NCBI GenBank assembly: GCA_038230675.1
Contig: JBBRMV010000003.1
Coordinates: 33,744-97,743 of the forward strand
Length of the DNA stretch: 64,000 nucleotides
Direction: 5' to 3'
Source: Sphingomonadales bacterium
Lineage (GTDB): Bacteria; Pseudomonadota; Alphaproteobacteria; Sphingomonadales; Sphingomonadaceae
Shown here: positions 48,096 to 58,656 of the stretch, piece by piece
Layout of the letters: each line of letters begins with the position of its first letter
How positions within the stretch are numbered: the stretch's first letter is position 1
The notes under the pieces: generated by a model
Told to the model about the DNA's origin: nothing
Databases searched by the model: none
Seen by the model: only the letters and a program-made list of their open reading frames with translations
Program-made: the position numbers and the translations under genes

Positions 48096-48526
48096 CGATC
48101 CTGTGCCTCAACAATTGCCGTCGCTTCGAACGCAGTCGCCTCGATGATCACAAATGCCTGCGCCCAGGGGTGATCATCGGTGAGCGTCAGATGTATCGTC
48201 GCGCCGTGGCCTTCGGGGGTGATCGCGTCAAGCCTTGCCTTGGCACCGCCCGTCAGCGCCAGGGTGGGCGCGCCGCTGCGCATATTGACGACGCCGATAT
48301 CGCGAAAGAACACGCCGCGCTTGAATCCGGTCCCTACCGCCTTTGAAAAAGCTTCCTTTGCGGCAAAGCGTTTTGCCAGAGTGCCGGCCTTGGTGTGGGG
48401 CCGCTGTGCCGCTTTGGCACGCTCGGCATCGGTAAACACGCGCTGCTCGAAACGGTCTCCAAAGCGATCGAGCGAGGCCTGGATGCGATCGATGTTGCAC
48501 AGGTCGGAGCCGATGCCGATGATCAT
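48092..48526 (-). CDS. acpS: Holo-ACP synthase
   Basis: [37 protein letters not shown]. Confidence 0.96.
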   Translation of the reverse strand: MIIGIGSDLCNIDRIQASLDRFGDRFEQRVFTDAERAKAAQRPHTKAGTLAKRFAAKEAFSKAVGTGFKRGVFFRDIGVVNMRSGAPTLALTGGAKARLDAITPEGHGATIHLTLTDDHPWAQAFVIIEATAFEATAIVEAQDR

Positions 48527-48553
48527 CTTTTGTCGCCGGAGAGAGGAAGAGTG

Positions 48554-48732
48554 TTGGTTCGCGCGGAGGCGCGGAGGCGCGGAGAAGGAGCAAGAGAAGC
48601 AATATTGCGCTGCGCACGGCATGTCTTCAGCGCCTCAGACGCCCCTAATATTTCCGGCCAATCAGTCGATCGACTATTACCGCCACTCAACCTTCCCTCT
48701 TCTCCGCGCCTCCGCGGCCCTGCGCGAACCAA
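48554..48732. repeat. Paired inverted-repeat element (REPIN/MITE-like), family A copy 1
   Basis: 34-bp arms 48554-48587 (TTGGTTCGCGCGGAGGCGCGGAGGCGCGGAGAAG) and 48699-48732, 31/34 complementary, 111-bp spacer; lies between pdxJ and acpS. Confidence 0.85.
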
Positions 48733-48748
48733 CCTTCTAGTCCCCGCA

Positions 48749-49480
48749 TCACCCACGCGCCGCATCCATCGCCGCCCGCATTCGCGCCACCGCCTCGCCC
48801 AGCCCGACGAACAGCGCCTCGCCGATCAGGAAATGGCCGATGTTGAGCTCGCGGACCTGGGCGATTGCGGCGATCGGGGCAACATTGTCAAAGGTGATGC
48901 CGTGGCCGGCATGAACCTCGATCCCGTTCTTTGCAGCGAGCACCGCCGCATCCTCCAGCCGCCGCAGTTCCTCGGTCTGCGCCGAGCCTTCAAGCTCGGC
49001 ATAGCGCCCGACATGCAGCTCAAGCACCGGCACGCCAAGTCGGATCGATGCATCTATCTGCCGCGCGTCGGGTTCGACAAACAGGCTTACCCGGATGCCC
49101 GCCGCCTGCAATTCGCTGACCATCGGGGCGAGCCGGTTATGCTGCCCGGCCGCATCGAGGCCACCCTCGGTAGTGCGCTCTTCGCGCTTCTCCGGCACTA
49201 TGCATACTGCGTGCGGGCGGTGCGCCAGCGCGATCGCGAGCATTTCATCGGTCGCTGCAATTTCCAGGTTGAGCGGTACTGTCAGTGCCGTCATCAGCCT
49301 GGCGATATCGTCATCGGTGATGTGGCGGCGGTCTTCGCGAAGGTGCGCGGTGATGCCATCGGCGCCGGCTTCCACGGCGAGTAAAGCGGCGCGAACCGGA
49401 TTGGGATAGCCGACGCCGCGCGCATTCCGCACGGTCGCGACGTGATCGATATTGACGCCAAGGCGCAGATGATCGCTCAA
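48749..49480 (-). CDS. pdxJ: Pyridoxine 5'-phosphate synthase
   Basis: [53 protein letters not shown]; TTG start at 49480. Confidence 0.96.
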   Translation of the reverse strand: MSDHLRLGVNIDHVATVRNARGVGYPNPVRAALLAVEAGADGITAHLREDRRHITDDDIARLMTALTVPLNLEIAATDEMLAIALAHRPHAVCIVPEKREERTTEGGLDAAGQHNRLAPMVSELQAAGIRVSLFVEPDARQIDASIRLGVPVLELHVGRYAELEGSAQTEELRRLEDAAVLAAKNGIEVHAGHGITFDNVAPIAAIAQVRELNIGHFLIGEALFVGLGEAVARMRAAMDAARG

Positions 49481-50061
49481 ATCGCCAGCCCCCGGCTTCC
49501 CGGCTTCACCGGCGGCAGCGCGGCCAGTTCGGGCGGGAGCGCGTCCGCTGGATAAGCAGGGATATCGAGTGTGCACAGCGACACCAAAGGCACGCCGATA
49601 TCGGCCTTGCCGTTTGATCGGTCGATGATGCAGGCGCCGCCGAGCAAGTCGCCCGGATGCTGGCGGATGGCGGCGATGCATTCGCGCGACGAAAGACCCG
49701 TCGTCACCATATCCTCGACCATCACGACCCGCGCGCCGGCGGGTATCTCGAAATTGCGGCGCAGCTGGAATTCGCCGCCCTCGCGTTCGACGAAAATCGC
49801 GTGGCAACCGAGGGCACGCGCCGTCTCATACCCCGGAATGATGCCGCCAACCGCCGGTGACACGATCAGGTCGACATGCCCGAACCTGTCGGTGATCGCC
49901 TTGGCCAGCGCGCGTGCCAGCCTTTCGGTGCGCACCGGATCCTGGAACACCAGCATCTTTTGCAGGAAAACCGGCGAGCGCAGCCCCGACGACAGGATGA
50001 AATGCCCCTCCAGCAGCGCGTTCGCATCGCGGAATTCGGCCAGCACTTCGTCTGCGGTCAT
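49477..50061 (-). CDS. pyrE: Orotate phosphoribosyltransferase
   Basis: [29 protein letters not shown] loop. Confidence 0.95.
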   Translation of the reverse strand: MTADEVLAEFRDANALLEGHFILSSGLRSPVFLQKMLVFQDPVRTERLARALAKAITDRFGHVDLIVSPAVGGIIPGYETARALGCHAIFVEREGGEFQLRRNFEIPAGARVVMVEDMVTTGLSSRECIAAIRQHPGDLLGGACIIDRSNGKADIGVPLVSLCTLDIPAYPADALPPELAALPPVKPGSRGLAI

Positions 50062-50304
50062 GGTCGGGGTCGCCCTGCGATTGGTTACACCGGCCTGATA
50101 GGATCGCGCCTGCTGCCATGCAACGCCAGTGCCAAAAAAGCGTTTGATGCGCTTGAGACTACCGCCTCTCGTGCGTATAGCGCCTCGCAAACGGGCATAA
50201 TAGGGTTCGCGCCTGCGCACGATTTGCTGCTACGCAACATCGACTGCCGCGCTGCAATAGGGTAAACGATCAAGATGCGAATGATGGGTCAAATTACAGG
50301 GCGT

Positions 50305-51459
50305 ATGACGGCATTGAAGCCATTTCTGCTGGCCGCTGGCCTGCTGATTGGCTGCGCCGGCCAGGCAGTGGCGCAGGCGCCCGCCACCCCGCAGGGGGTG
50401 ACGGTTGGCACGCCAGCGGCAACCCCGGCGGCGGCAGCGCAACCTGCAGCGCCCGCCGCCGCGCCCGCCATTGCCACCGATCCGATGCTCGCGCTCGATG
50501 GCGGCCCGGCGATGCTGCCGATGACCGGGATCGGCCAGCCGGTCGACAAGGACATCGGCGTCCAGCCGCAGGTGACCCCCAATGGCCGCCGCGCCGCGTG
50601 GATGCATGATATCATCCTCGTCCCGGTGATCACCGTCATCTCGATATTCGTGCTGTTGCTGCTGATGTGGGTGATGTTTCGTTATCGTCGCGCCGCCAAT
50701 CCTGTTGCGTCGAAGACCAGCCACAACACCGTGATCGAAGTGATTTGGACGCTGGCGCCCGTCATCATTCTGGTCGTCATCGCGGTGCCTTCAATCGGTC
50801 TGTTGCAGGCGCAGTACAAGCCGGCACCGTCGAACGCGATCACGCTCAAGGCGATCGGCAACCAATGGTATTGGTCGTATCAATATCCCGACAATGGCGG
50901 CTTCGAGATCACGTCGAACATGCTCAAGGAAAAGAGCGAGATCGCCGCCGGAGAGCGCGCCCGCACCGATGCCGATGGTCCGCGTCTGCTCGCGACCGAC
51001 AACCGCATCGTGCTGCCCGTCGGCGTGCCGATCCGCCTCATCACCACATCGAACGACGTGATCCATAGCTGGGCGATGCCTGCCTTCTGGATCAAGCTCG
51101 ACGCGGTGCCCGGCCGAATCAACGAGACGAGCTTCACGATCGACAAGCCCGGCGTGTATTTCGGGCAATGTTCTGAACTGTGCGGCGCGCGCCACGGCTA
51201 CATGCCGATCACCGTTGCCGCCGTCGACAAGGCGACCTTTGATAGTTGGGTGATTGCCAAAGGCGGTTCGGCAAAGGGCGCCGCACCGGCCGTCGCTCCG
51301 GCTGCGCCTACCCCCGGCACACCGGCTGCAGAAGCGCCGACGCCCGGAACGACCGGCCCGGTGACGCCTGCCGAAACCAAGGGCGTGGCGACCGAGGAAA
51401 CCAAGCTGATGGCCAATTCCACCGATCCCGTGGCTGCTGCCGCGCCTGTGAAGAAGTAA
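50305..51459 (+). CDS. ctaC: Cytochrome c oxidase subunit II
   Basis: [24 protein letters not shown], CuA motif [13 protein letters not shown]; start may be 50275-50305. Confidence 0.96.
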   Translation: MTALKPFLLAAGLLIGCAGQAVAQAPATPQGVTVGTPAATPAAAAQPAAPAAAPAIATDPMLALDGGPAMLPMTGIGQPVDKDIGVQPQVTPNGRRAAWMHDIILVPVITVISIFVLLLLMWVMFRYRRAANPVASKTSHNTVIEVIWTLAPVIILVVIAVPSIGLLQAQYKPAPSNAITLKAIGNQWYWSYQYPDNGGFEITSNMLKEKSEIAAGERARTDADGPRLLATDNRIVLPVGVPIRLITTSNDVIHSWAMPAFWIKLDAVPGRINETSFTIDKPGVYFGQCSELCGARHGYMPITVAAVDKATFDSWVIAKGGSAKGAAPAVAPAAPTPGTPAAEAPTPGTTGPVTPAETKGVATEETKLMANSTDPVAAAAPVKK

Positions 51460-51463
51460 GATC

Positions 51464-53143
51464 ATGACCGATACCGCCCTCAATCCCTCCGCCTTCCAGG
51501 CGCATGGCGATCACGCGCATCATCACGATGCCGATCACAAGCCGGCGTTTTTCGCGCGCTGGTTCATGTCGACCAATCACAAGGACATCGGCACGCTCTA
51601 TCTGATCTTCGCGATCGTCGCCGGGATCATCGGCGGGGCGATTTCGGGGCTGATGCGCGCCGAACTGGCGCACCCCGGCATCCAGTATCTGGGCATCTGG
51701 GCCAGCTATCTGCCCGGCGGCGAGGGCGGACTCGATCACGCGCTGCATTTGTGGAACGTGCTGATCACCGCGCACGGCCTGATCATGGTATTCTTCATGG
51801 TGATGCCGGCGATGATCGGCGGTTTCGGCAATTGGTTCGTCCCCATCATGATCGGCGCGCCCGACATGGCGTTTCCGCGGATGAACAACATCTCGTTCTG
51901 GCTGCTGATCCCCTCGTTCACGCTGCTGCTGGCAAGCCCCTTTTTCGGCGGCGCTGGCAATGGCTGGACGCTCTACGCGCCGCTGTCCACCTATGGCGAG
52001 CCCGGGCCATCGACCGACATGGCGATCCTGTCGCTCCACCTGGCCGGCGCCAGCTCGATTCTGGGCGCAATCAATTTCATCACCACCATCTTCAACATGC
52101 GCGCTCCGGGCATGACGCTGCACAAGATGCCGCTGTTCGTGTGGTCGGTGCTGGTGACGGCTTTCCTGTTGCTGCTCGCGCTGCCGGTGCTTGCCGCCGC
52201 CATCACGATGCTGCTCACCGACCGCAATTTCGGCACTACCTTCTTTGATCCGGCCGGTGGCGGTGATCCGGTGCTATACCAGCATCTGTTCTGGTTCTTC
52301 GGCCACCCCGAAGTCTACATCATGATCCTGCCAGGATTCGGCATCGTCAGCCAGGTGATCTCGACCTTCTCGAAAAAGCCCGTTTTCGGCTATCTCGGCA
52401 TGGCCTATGCCATGGTCGCGATCGGCGTCGTGGGCTTCGTCGTCTGGGCGCACCACATGTTCACGACCGGCTTGTCGGTGAACGTGAAGATGTATTTCAC
52501 CGCGGCGACGATGATCATCGCGGTGCCGACCGGCATCAAGATCTTCTCGTGGATCGCAACGATGTGGGGCGGCTCATTGAGTTTCAAGACTCCGATGATG
52601 TGGGCGATCGGCTTCATCTTCATGTTCACCGTTGGCGGTGTGACGGGCGTTGTGCTCGCCAATGGCGGCATCGACGATTACATGCAGGACACCTATTATG
52701 TGGTCGCGCACTTCCATTACGTGCTGAGCCTCGGCGCGGTGTTTTCACTGTTCGCGGGCTTCACCTACTGGTTCCCAAAAATGTCGGGCAAGATGCTCAA
52801 CGAAGCGCTTGGCCAGGTGCATTTCTGGATGTTCTTCGTCGGCGTGAACGTGCTTTTCTTCCCGATGCACTTTCTGGGCCTGCAGGGCATGCCGCGCCGG
52901 ATCCCCGATTATTCGGATCAGTTCGCGACCTATAATTATGTCGCGACGGTGGGCTACATGATTATGGCGACCAGCATGGTGGTGTTCTTTGTGAACCTGA
53001 TCATGTCGCTCGCGGCGGGTCGCAAGGCCGGCGACAATCCTTGGGGTGAAGGCGCGACCACGCTCGAATGGACGCTGTCGAGCCCGCCCCCCTATCACCA
53101 GTTCGAGACGCTGCCCGTGATCGAGGACGGCCACGGACATTGA
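51464..53143 (+). CDS. ctaD: Cytochrome c oxidase subunit I (type A1)
   Basis: [35 protein letters not shown]. Confidence 0.98.
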   Translation: MTDTALNPSAFQAHGDHAHHHDADHKPAFFARWFMSTNHKDIGTLYLIFAIVAGIIGGAISGLMRAELAHPGIQYLGIWASYLPGGEGGLDHALHLWNVLITAHGLIMVFFMVMPAMIGGFGNWFVPIMIGAPDMAFPRMNNISFWLLIPSFTLLLASPFFGGAGNGWTLYAPLSTYGEPGPSTDMAILSLHLAGASSILGAINFITTIFNMRAPGMTLHKMPLFVWSVLVTAFLLLLALPVLAAAITMLLTDRNFGTTFFDPAGGGDPVLYQHLFWFFGHPEVYIMILPGFGIVSQVISTFSKKPVFGYLGMAYAMVAIGVVGFVVWAHHMFTTGLSVNVKMYFTAATMIIAVPTGIKIFSWIATMWGGSLSFKTPMMWAIGFIFMFTVGGVTGVVLANGGIDDYMQDTYYVVAHFHYVLSLGAVFSLFAGFTYWFPKMSGKMLNEALGQVHFWMFFVGVNVLFFPMHFLGLQGMPRRIPDYSDQFATYNYVATVGYMIMATSMVVFFVNLIMSLAAGRKAGDNPWGEGATTLEWTLSSPPPYHQFETLPVIEDGHGH

Positions 53144-53150
53144 GTTCTCA

Positions 53151-53260
53151 CCCCTCCCGCGTGCGGGAGGGGACTGGGGTGGGACTTTGCCGCCCCCACG
53201 CAACAAAACCTGGCCGGGAGTGGAACGTCCACCCCCGGCCCCTCCCGCTGGCGGGAGGGG
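53151..53260. repeat. REP doublet (family B), CCCCTCCCGC-NN-GCGGGAGGGG units
   Basis: 22-bp palindromic units at 53151-53172 and 53239-53260 with inward-facing complementary tails (ACTGGGGTGG / CCACCCCCGG); intergenic in the cox operon. Confidence 0.85.
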
Positions 53261-53270
53261 AGGAATAGAC

Positions 53271-54176
53271 ATGACGACTACTGCAGTATCGACCGCCTAT
53301 CCGCCCTCCGACTGGCGGGATTTCCTCGCGCTGACCAAGCCGCGGGTGATGCGCTCGGTCGTGTTCACCGGGCTGTGCGGGATGCTGGTCGCCCCGGTCA
53401 GCCTGCCGCCGGCGATCGGCTTCACCGCAATCCTCGCCATCGCGCTTGCCGCCGGTGCTGCCGGCACGCTCAATCAATGGTACGAGGCCGATATCGATGC
53501 GCTGATGAAGCGGACCGCCAACCGCCCGCTCGCCGCCGGGCGCATGGACCGCGAGACCGCGCTGCAATTCGGCATCGGCGTCGCCGTGTTCAGCGTTTTG
53601 CTGATGGGCCTGTGTGTCAATCTGATCGCGGCGGCCTTCCTCGCCGCGTCGATCCTGTTTTACGTCATCGTTTACACCATCGGCCTGAAGCGCTTCACGC
53701 CGCAGAACATCGTCATCGGCGGCGCTGCGGGAGCGTTCCCGCCGCTGATCGGCTGGGTCGCTGCAACGGGCAGTGTGTCGTTGCTGCCGATCCTGATGTT
53801 CGCGCTGATCTTTTTATGGACCCCGCCGCACAGCTGGGCCCTCGCGCTGCTGATCCGCGACGATTACGCCAAGGGTGGCGTGCCGATGATGCCGGTGGTT
53901 GCCGGCGCGCGCACGACCCGGTGGCAGATGCTCGGCTATGCCGTGCTGATGGCGGCGGTTGCGGTTTCGCCCTGGCCGCTTGGGCTGGCGGGCGCGCTTT
54001 ACGGTGTGATCGCCGCGGCCGGTTCGGCGGTATTCGTCGCGCTGACGGCATGGGTGGTGATCGCCGCCGCGCCGACGCCTGCGCAAATGAAGCCCGAGCG
54101 CATCCTGTTTGCGTATTCGATCGGCTATGTGCTGGCGATGTTTGCCGCGCTCGTCGTCGACAAGTGGCTCGCATGA
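53271..54176 (+). CDS. ctaB: Protoheme IX farnesyltransferase (heme o synthase)
   Basis: [52 protein letters not shown]...DY. Confidence 0.95.
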   Translation: MTTTAVSTAYPPSDWRDFLALTKPRVMRSVVFTGLCGMLVAPVSLPPAIGFTAILAIALAAGAAGTLNQWYEADIDALMKRTANRPLAAGRMDRETALQFGIGVAVFSVLLMGLCVNLIAAAFLAASILFYVIVYTIGLKRFTPQNIVIGGAAGAFPPLIGWVAATGSVSLLPILMFALIFLWTPPHSWALALLIRDDYAKGGVPMMPVVAGARTTRWQMLGYAVLMAAVAVSPWPLGLAGALYGVIAAAGSAVFVALTAWVVIAAAPTPAQMKPERILFAYSIGYVLAMFAALVVDKWLA

Positions 54177-54307
54177 CGCCCGAGGAAGAAGCGCTTCTCC
54201 GCGCCCGGCAGAAATCGCGTGCGCTGGTGATGGCGGTGATCCTGGGCGCGCTTGCCGTGCTGTTTTTCGTCGTCACAATCGCCAAGATCAAGGCCGGCCA
54301 CGCATGA
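54173..54307 (+). CDS. Small single-TM protein in cox operon (44 aa)
   Basis: Not in track; [44 protein letters not shown], with ATGA overlaps on both sides. Confidence 0.75.
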   Translation: MTPEEEALLRARQKSRALVMAVILGALAVLFFVVTIAKIKAGHA

Positions 54308-54837
54308 CCCGCAAGCTGCGTACCGCGATACTCGCAGGCATCGGAGTCTGCTGCATGACCGGGCTTGGCTATGCCAGCGTCCCGCTTTACCGGCTGTTCT
54401 GCCAGGCGACGGGCCTGAACGGCACCACCCAACGCGCAGAGGTTGCGCCGGGCGCGGTCAACCGCCAGGTGCGGATCAATTTCGACACCAATGTGAGCCC
54501 CAAGCTCGCCTGGAGCTTCCGCCCCGAAAGCCCATCCGAAACGGTCGATATCGGCGCGCGCGACATGGCGTTCTTCACCGCGACCAACAATTCGGATCAT
54601 CCGATCACCGGCACCGCGACCTTCAACGTGTCGCCTGCGCAGGCGGGCAGATATTTTACCAAGATCCAGTGTTTCTGCTTCACCCAGCAGACGCTGAAAC
54701 CGCACGAGACGGCACGGATGCCGGTGATCTTCTTCGTCGATCCGAAGATACTGAAGGACGCGGACGCTTCGGGTATCGACACGATTACGCTCAGCTACAC
54801 CTTTTACCCGGTGGATTCCGCAAAAGCCGCGGGCTAG
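54304..54837 (+). CDS. ctaG: Cytochrome c oxidase assembly protein CtaG/Cox11
   Basis: YASVPLYRLFCQATG, YFTKIQCFCF, PVIFFVDP, TLSYTFY. Confidence 0.95.
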   Translation: MTRKLRTAILAGIGVCCMTGLGYASVPLYRLFCQATGLNGTTQRAEVAPGAVNRQVRINFDTNVSPKLAWSFRPESPSETVDIGARDMAFFTATNNSDHPITGTATFNVSPAQAGRYFTKIQCFCFTQQTLKPHETARMPVIFFVDPKILKDADASGIDTITLSYTFYPVDSAKAAG

Positions 54838-54874
54838 AGCGAATTCGACCAGCTTCTAACGGGAAACGACGATC

Positions 54875-55738
54875 ATGGCCGGCGCCAAGAACCACGACTA
54901 CCACATCCTCGCCCCCAGCCCCTGGCCGTTGCTCGGCGCGTTTTCCGCGCTGGCGCTGACTTCGGGCGGCATCATGTGGATGCACAAGGCAGCCGGCGGC
55001 GGCGTGCTTTTCTATGTCGGGTTGGCCGGCGTCCTCGCGACGATGTTTTTGTGGTGGCGCGACGTGATCAAGGAAGCGCATTCGGGCGATCACACCCCCG
55101 TCGTGCAGCTTCATCTGCGTTACGGGATGATCCTGTTCATCGCTTCCGAAGTGATGTTCTTCGTCGGCTGGTTCTGGGCGTTCTTCGACTTCTCGCTGTT
55201 TCCGGCACCCGTTCAGGTCGTGGGCGGCGAGGTGAGCCGTATCGCCGAGACGGTGAAGGCCGTTGCCGGGCAATGGCCGCCAAAGGGCCTCGAAGTCATC
55301 GATCCGTTCGGTTTTCCGCTGCTCAACACGATCATCCTGCTGCTGTCGGGCACCACCGTCACCTGGGCGCACCACGCGTTGATCCACGGTGATCGGGAGG
55401 GCCTGAAAAAGGGCCTGTGGATCACGATCATCCTTGGCGCGATCTTCAGCAGTATCCAGGCATATGAATATGCCGATGCGCCGTTTCACTTCGCCGGGCT
55501 GAATTTCGGCGCATCGTTCTTCATGGCGACGGGCTTTCACGGCTTTCACGTGATGATCGGCACGATCTTTCTCGCGATCTGTCTGGCGCGGGTTTACGCC
55601 GGGCACTTCACACCGCGCCAGCATTTCGGCTTCGAGGCAGCGGCCTGGTACTGGCATTTCGTCGATGTCGTCTGGCTGTTCCTGTTCGTGTCGATCTATG
55701 TCTGGGGCGGCGCCGGAGCCCCGGTCCACGCCGGCTGA
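54875..55738 (+). CDS. ctaE: Cytochrome c oxidase subunit III
   Basis: HILAPSPWP, LFIASEVMFF, TGFHGFHV, WYWHFVDVVW. Confidence 0.97.
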   Translation: MAGAKNHDYHILAPSPWPLLGAFSALALTSGGIMWMHKAAGGGVLFYVGLAGVLATMFLWWRDVIKEAHSGDHTPVVQLHLRYGMILFIASEVMFFVGWFWAFFDFSLFPAPVQVVGGEVSRIAETVKAVAGQWPPKGLEVIDPFGFPLLNTIILLLSGTTVTWAHHALIHGDREGLKKGLWITIILGAIFSSIQAYEYADAPFHFAGLNFGASFFMATGFHGFHVMIGTIFLAICLARVYAGHFTPRQHFGFEAAAWYWHFVDVVWLFLFVSIYVWGGAGAPVHAG

Positions 55739-55742
55739 TCGG

Positions 55743-56246
55743 ATGACGGGCTGGCATCTCGCGCAGGTCAATATCGGGCGGCTCGTCGCTCCTTATCCCG
55801 ATCCGCGCGTGGTGCCCTTCTTCGACGCGCTCGACAGCATCAATGCAATTGCCGAGGCGAGCCCGGGCTTTGTCTGGCGGCTGCAGGACGAAGCGGGCAA
55901 TGCAATGGGGATCAGCTATTCGCCCGATCCGCTGCTCGCGATCAACATGTCGGTGTGGCGTGATGCGGACGCGCTGTTCGACTTTGTTTATCGAAGCGCC
56001 CACACGCCGGTGATGGCGCGGCGCCGCGATTATTTCGAACGCTTCGACGGTGCGTATCAGGCGCTGTGGTGGATAGAAGCCGGTACGATCCCGACGGTGA
56101 GCGATGCGATCGCCAAATTGTGGCTGCTCGACAAGTTCGGGCCATCCCCGCAGGCATTCACCTTCAAAACGCAATATCCAGCGCCGGGCCTGGCCGGACC
56201 GCCCGTCGATCATCAGCCCGATCCGTGGTGTGTCGGCAGCGCCTGA
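55743..56246 (+). CDS. DUF3291 domain protein
   Basis: HLAQVNIGRL, FFDALDSINAIAEASPGFVWRL, NMSVW, FVYRSAH..VM.RR..YF motifs. Confidence 0.85.
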   Translation: MTGWHLAQVNIGRLVAPYPDPRVVPFFDALDSINAIAEASPGFVWRLQDEAGNAMGISYSPDPLLAINMSVWRDADALFDFVYRSAHTPVMARRRDYFERFDGAYQALWWIEAGTIPTVSDAIAKLWLLDKFGPSPQAFTFKTQYPAPGLAGPPVDHQPDPWCVGSA

Positions 56247-56613
56247 ACCCGCACCGTCGCCGGTCCAGGTCGCGCTGCGGGGCCTTTGCCCGCGCTGCGG
56301 CAGCAAGACGTTGTTCGCGGGCATGGTGAAATTTGCCGATCGCTGCACCGTATGCGGCCTTGATCTGACGCAGTTCAACGTCGGCGATGGCCCCGCGGCG
56401 TTCCTCACGCTCATCCTTGGCGCGGTCATCGTCGTGCTCGCGATCACGCTGGAACTCACCGTCGCGCCCCCTTTGTGGGTGCACATGCTGATCTGGATAC
56501 CCGTGACGGCGCTGGGCGTGATCGGGCTGCTCAGGATCGCCAAGGCCGCACTGCTCCTCATCGAATACCGGATCGCCCTTCGCGAGGGCCGAATCGAGCC
56601 ACGCCGCGCATGA
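56230..56613 (+). CDS. DUF983 domain protein
   Basis: GLCPRCG..TLF...RCTVCGLD, DGPAAF, PPLWVH; usual position before SURF1. Confidence 0.88.
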   Translation: MSAAPEPAPSPVQVALRGLCPRCGSKTLFAGMVKFADRCTVCGLDLTQFNVGDGPAAFLTLILGAVIVVLAITLELTVAPPLWVHMLIWIPVTALGVIGLLRIAKAALLLIEYRIALREGRIEPRRA

Positions 56614-57215
56614 AGAAACTTCCGATACTGCCCACGATCCTCGTTCTCATCGCTGTCGCAACGATGATCGGGCTCGGCATATGGCAGCTCCAACGCAAAG
56701 CAGAGAAAGAGTCAGCGCTGGCCCGCTACGCGCAGAATGCGACGCTGCCGCCGGTCGCCTTTCCGTCGATCCCGATCGGCGACGCGCTGCTCTATCGCCG
56801 CACCGGCGCGTTCTGCCTCAGCCCGACAAGCTGGCGGATCGAGGGGGCGGGCAGCCATGGCTGGCGTCACATTGCCCAGTGCCGTACCGGTGCCGAAGGG
56901 CCGGGCTTTGCGATCGATATGGGCGCGTCGCAGGATTTGAACTACAAGCCGCAGTGGCGCGGCGGCGAGGTGCATGGAACGATTACGCAGGCCCCATCGC
57001 ATCAAAGCCTGATCTCCGGTTTGTTCGCGCGCCCCGTGAAAACCCTGATGATCGTGTCGGACACCGCATTGCCCGGCCTGAAACCGACCGCGCAGCCTAG
57101 CCCCGAATCGATCCCCAACAATCACCTGGCCTATGCGGTCCAGTGGTTCTTGTTCGCCGCGATCGCGCTTGGCATCTATGCGATCGCGCTGCGCCGCCGG
57201 ATGGGCGGCGGCTGA
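56610..57215 (+). CDS. SURF1/Shy1 family oxidase assembly protein
   Basis: GLGIWQLQRKAEKE and NNHLAYAVQWFLFA signatures. Confidence 0.92.
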   Translation: MKKLPILPTILVLIAVATMIGLGIWQLQRKAEKESALARYAQNATLPPVAFPSIPIGDALLYRRTGAFCLSPTSWRIEGAGSHGWRHIAQCRTGAEGPGFAIDMGASQDLNYKPQWRGGEVHGTITQAPSHQSLISGLFARPVKTLMIVSDTALPGLKPTAQPSPESIPNNHLAYAVQWFLFAAIALGIYAIALRRRMGGG

Positions 57216-57258
57216 GGCACGCTTGTGCGGCCCGACCCGGGACGGTATCGACCGGGCG

Positions 57259-58656
57259 ATGCATTATGTTAGCACCCGGGGCGCCGCGCCGATCCTAGAT
57301 TTCAAGCAGGTGACGCTCGCCGGACTGGCGCGCGATGGCGGTCTATACCTGCCCGAGACCTGGCCGACGATCCCGGCGGCCGAGATCGCGGCGATGCGCG
57401 GTGCCTCCTATGTCGATACGGCAGTGGCCGTGATGGCGCCCTTCGTCGACGGAACGCTCTCGCGCGAAGAACTGCGCGCGCTGTGCGCGCAGGCCTATGG
57501 CGGTTTCTCGCACGCCGCAGTCACGCCGCTTGTCCAGCTCGACGAGCGGCAATGGCTGCTCGAGCTGTTCCACGGGCCGACGCTTGCCTTCAAGGATGTC
57601 GCGTTGCAGCTGCTGGGGCTGTTGTTCGAGCGATTCCTGAGCGGCACCGATCGGCATCTGACCGTCGTTGGCGCGACCTCAGGCGATACGGGCTCTGCGG
57701 CAATCGATGCGCTGGCCGGGCGGCAGGGCGTCGATGTGTTCATGCTCCACCCAAAGGGCCGCGTCTCCGACGTCCAGCGGCGGCAGATGACGACGGTGCT
57801 GGCGCACAACATCCACAATATCGCGGTGGAAGGCAGCTTCGACGATGCACAGGCGCTGGTGAAGGCGATGTTCAACGACGCCGATTTCGCCGGTCGGTTC
57901 ACCGTTTCCGCGGTCAATTCCATCAACTGGGCGCGGCTGATGGCGCAGGTCGTCTATTATTTCTATGCCGCCGTCCGGCTCGGCGCACCCGATCGCGCGG
58001 TCGCCTTTTCGGTGCCGACGGGCAATTTCGGGGATGTGTTCGCGGGGTATGTCGCGGCCAAAATGGGGCTGCCGATCGCAAAGCTGATCGTCGCGACCAA
58101 CGTCAACGACATCCTCCACCGCGCACTGTCGACCGGGGACTATGCGCAAGGGCATGTCGTCGCGACACCGACCCCGTCGATGGACATCCAGGTTTCGAGC
58201 AATTTCGAGCGCCTGCTGTTCGATCTTGGCGGGCGAGACGGTCCTGCGATCGCTGCCCAGATGCACGGTTTCGAAACGAGCAAGGCGATGCGGCTGACCA
58301 ATAGCCAGCGGGAGGGCGCAGCAAGGTTGTTCGCCAGCGACCGGGTCGATCTTGACGACATGGCCCTGGCAATGCGCTGGGCGCACGGTGAAGCGGGGCA
58401 GATCGTCGATCCGCACACCGCCATCGGGCTGGCGGCCGCGCGCCGTGCCGATCTCGGGGACGTGCCTGTCGTAACGCTCGCGACCGCACACCCGGCAAAG
58501 TTCAGCGATGCGGTGGAACGCGCGACGGGCGCCCGGCCCGCTTTGCCCGCGCGGATCGGCAATCTGTTTGAACGCGAAGAACGCTATGCGACGCTGCCCG
58601 CGACCTTTGAGGCGGTGACGGCCTATATCGCCGAACGGGCAACGCCGACGCGATGA
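57259..58656 (+). CDS. thrC: Threonine synthase
   Basis: YVSTRG, GLARDGGLY, ELFHGPTLAFKD (PLP Lys), ATSGDTG, NSINWAR, VPTGNFG, ATAHPAKF. Confidence 0.97.
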   Translation: MHYVSTRGAAPILDFKQVTLAGLARDGGLYLPETWPTIPAAEIAAMRGASYVDTAVAVMAPFVDGTLSREELRALCAQAYGGFSHAAVTPLVQLDERQWLLELFHGPTLAFKDVALQLLGLLFERFLSGTDRHLTVVGATSGDTGSAAIDALAGRQGVDVFMLHPKGRVSDVQRRQMTTVLAHNIHNIAVEGSFDDAQALVKAMFNDADFAGRFTVSAVNSINWARLMAQVVYYFYAAVRLGAPDRAVAFSVPTGNFGDVFAGYVAAKMGLPIAKLIVATNVNDILHRALSTGDYAQGHVVATPTPSMDIQVSSNFERLLFDLGGRDGPAIAAQMHGFETSKAMRLTNSQREGAARLFASDRVDLDDMALAMRWAHGEAGQIVDPHTAIGLAAARRADLGDVPVVTLATAHPAKFSDAVERATGARPALPARIGNLFEREERYATLPATFEAVTAYIAERATPTR

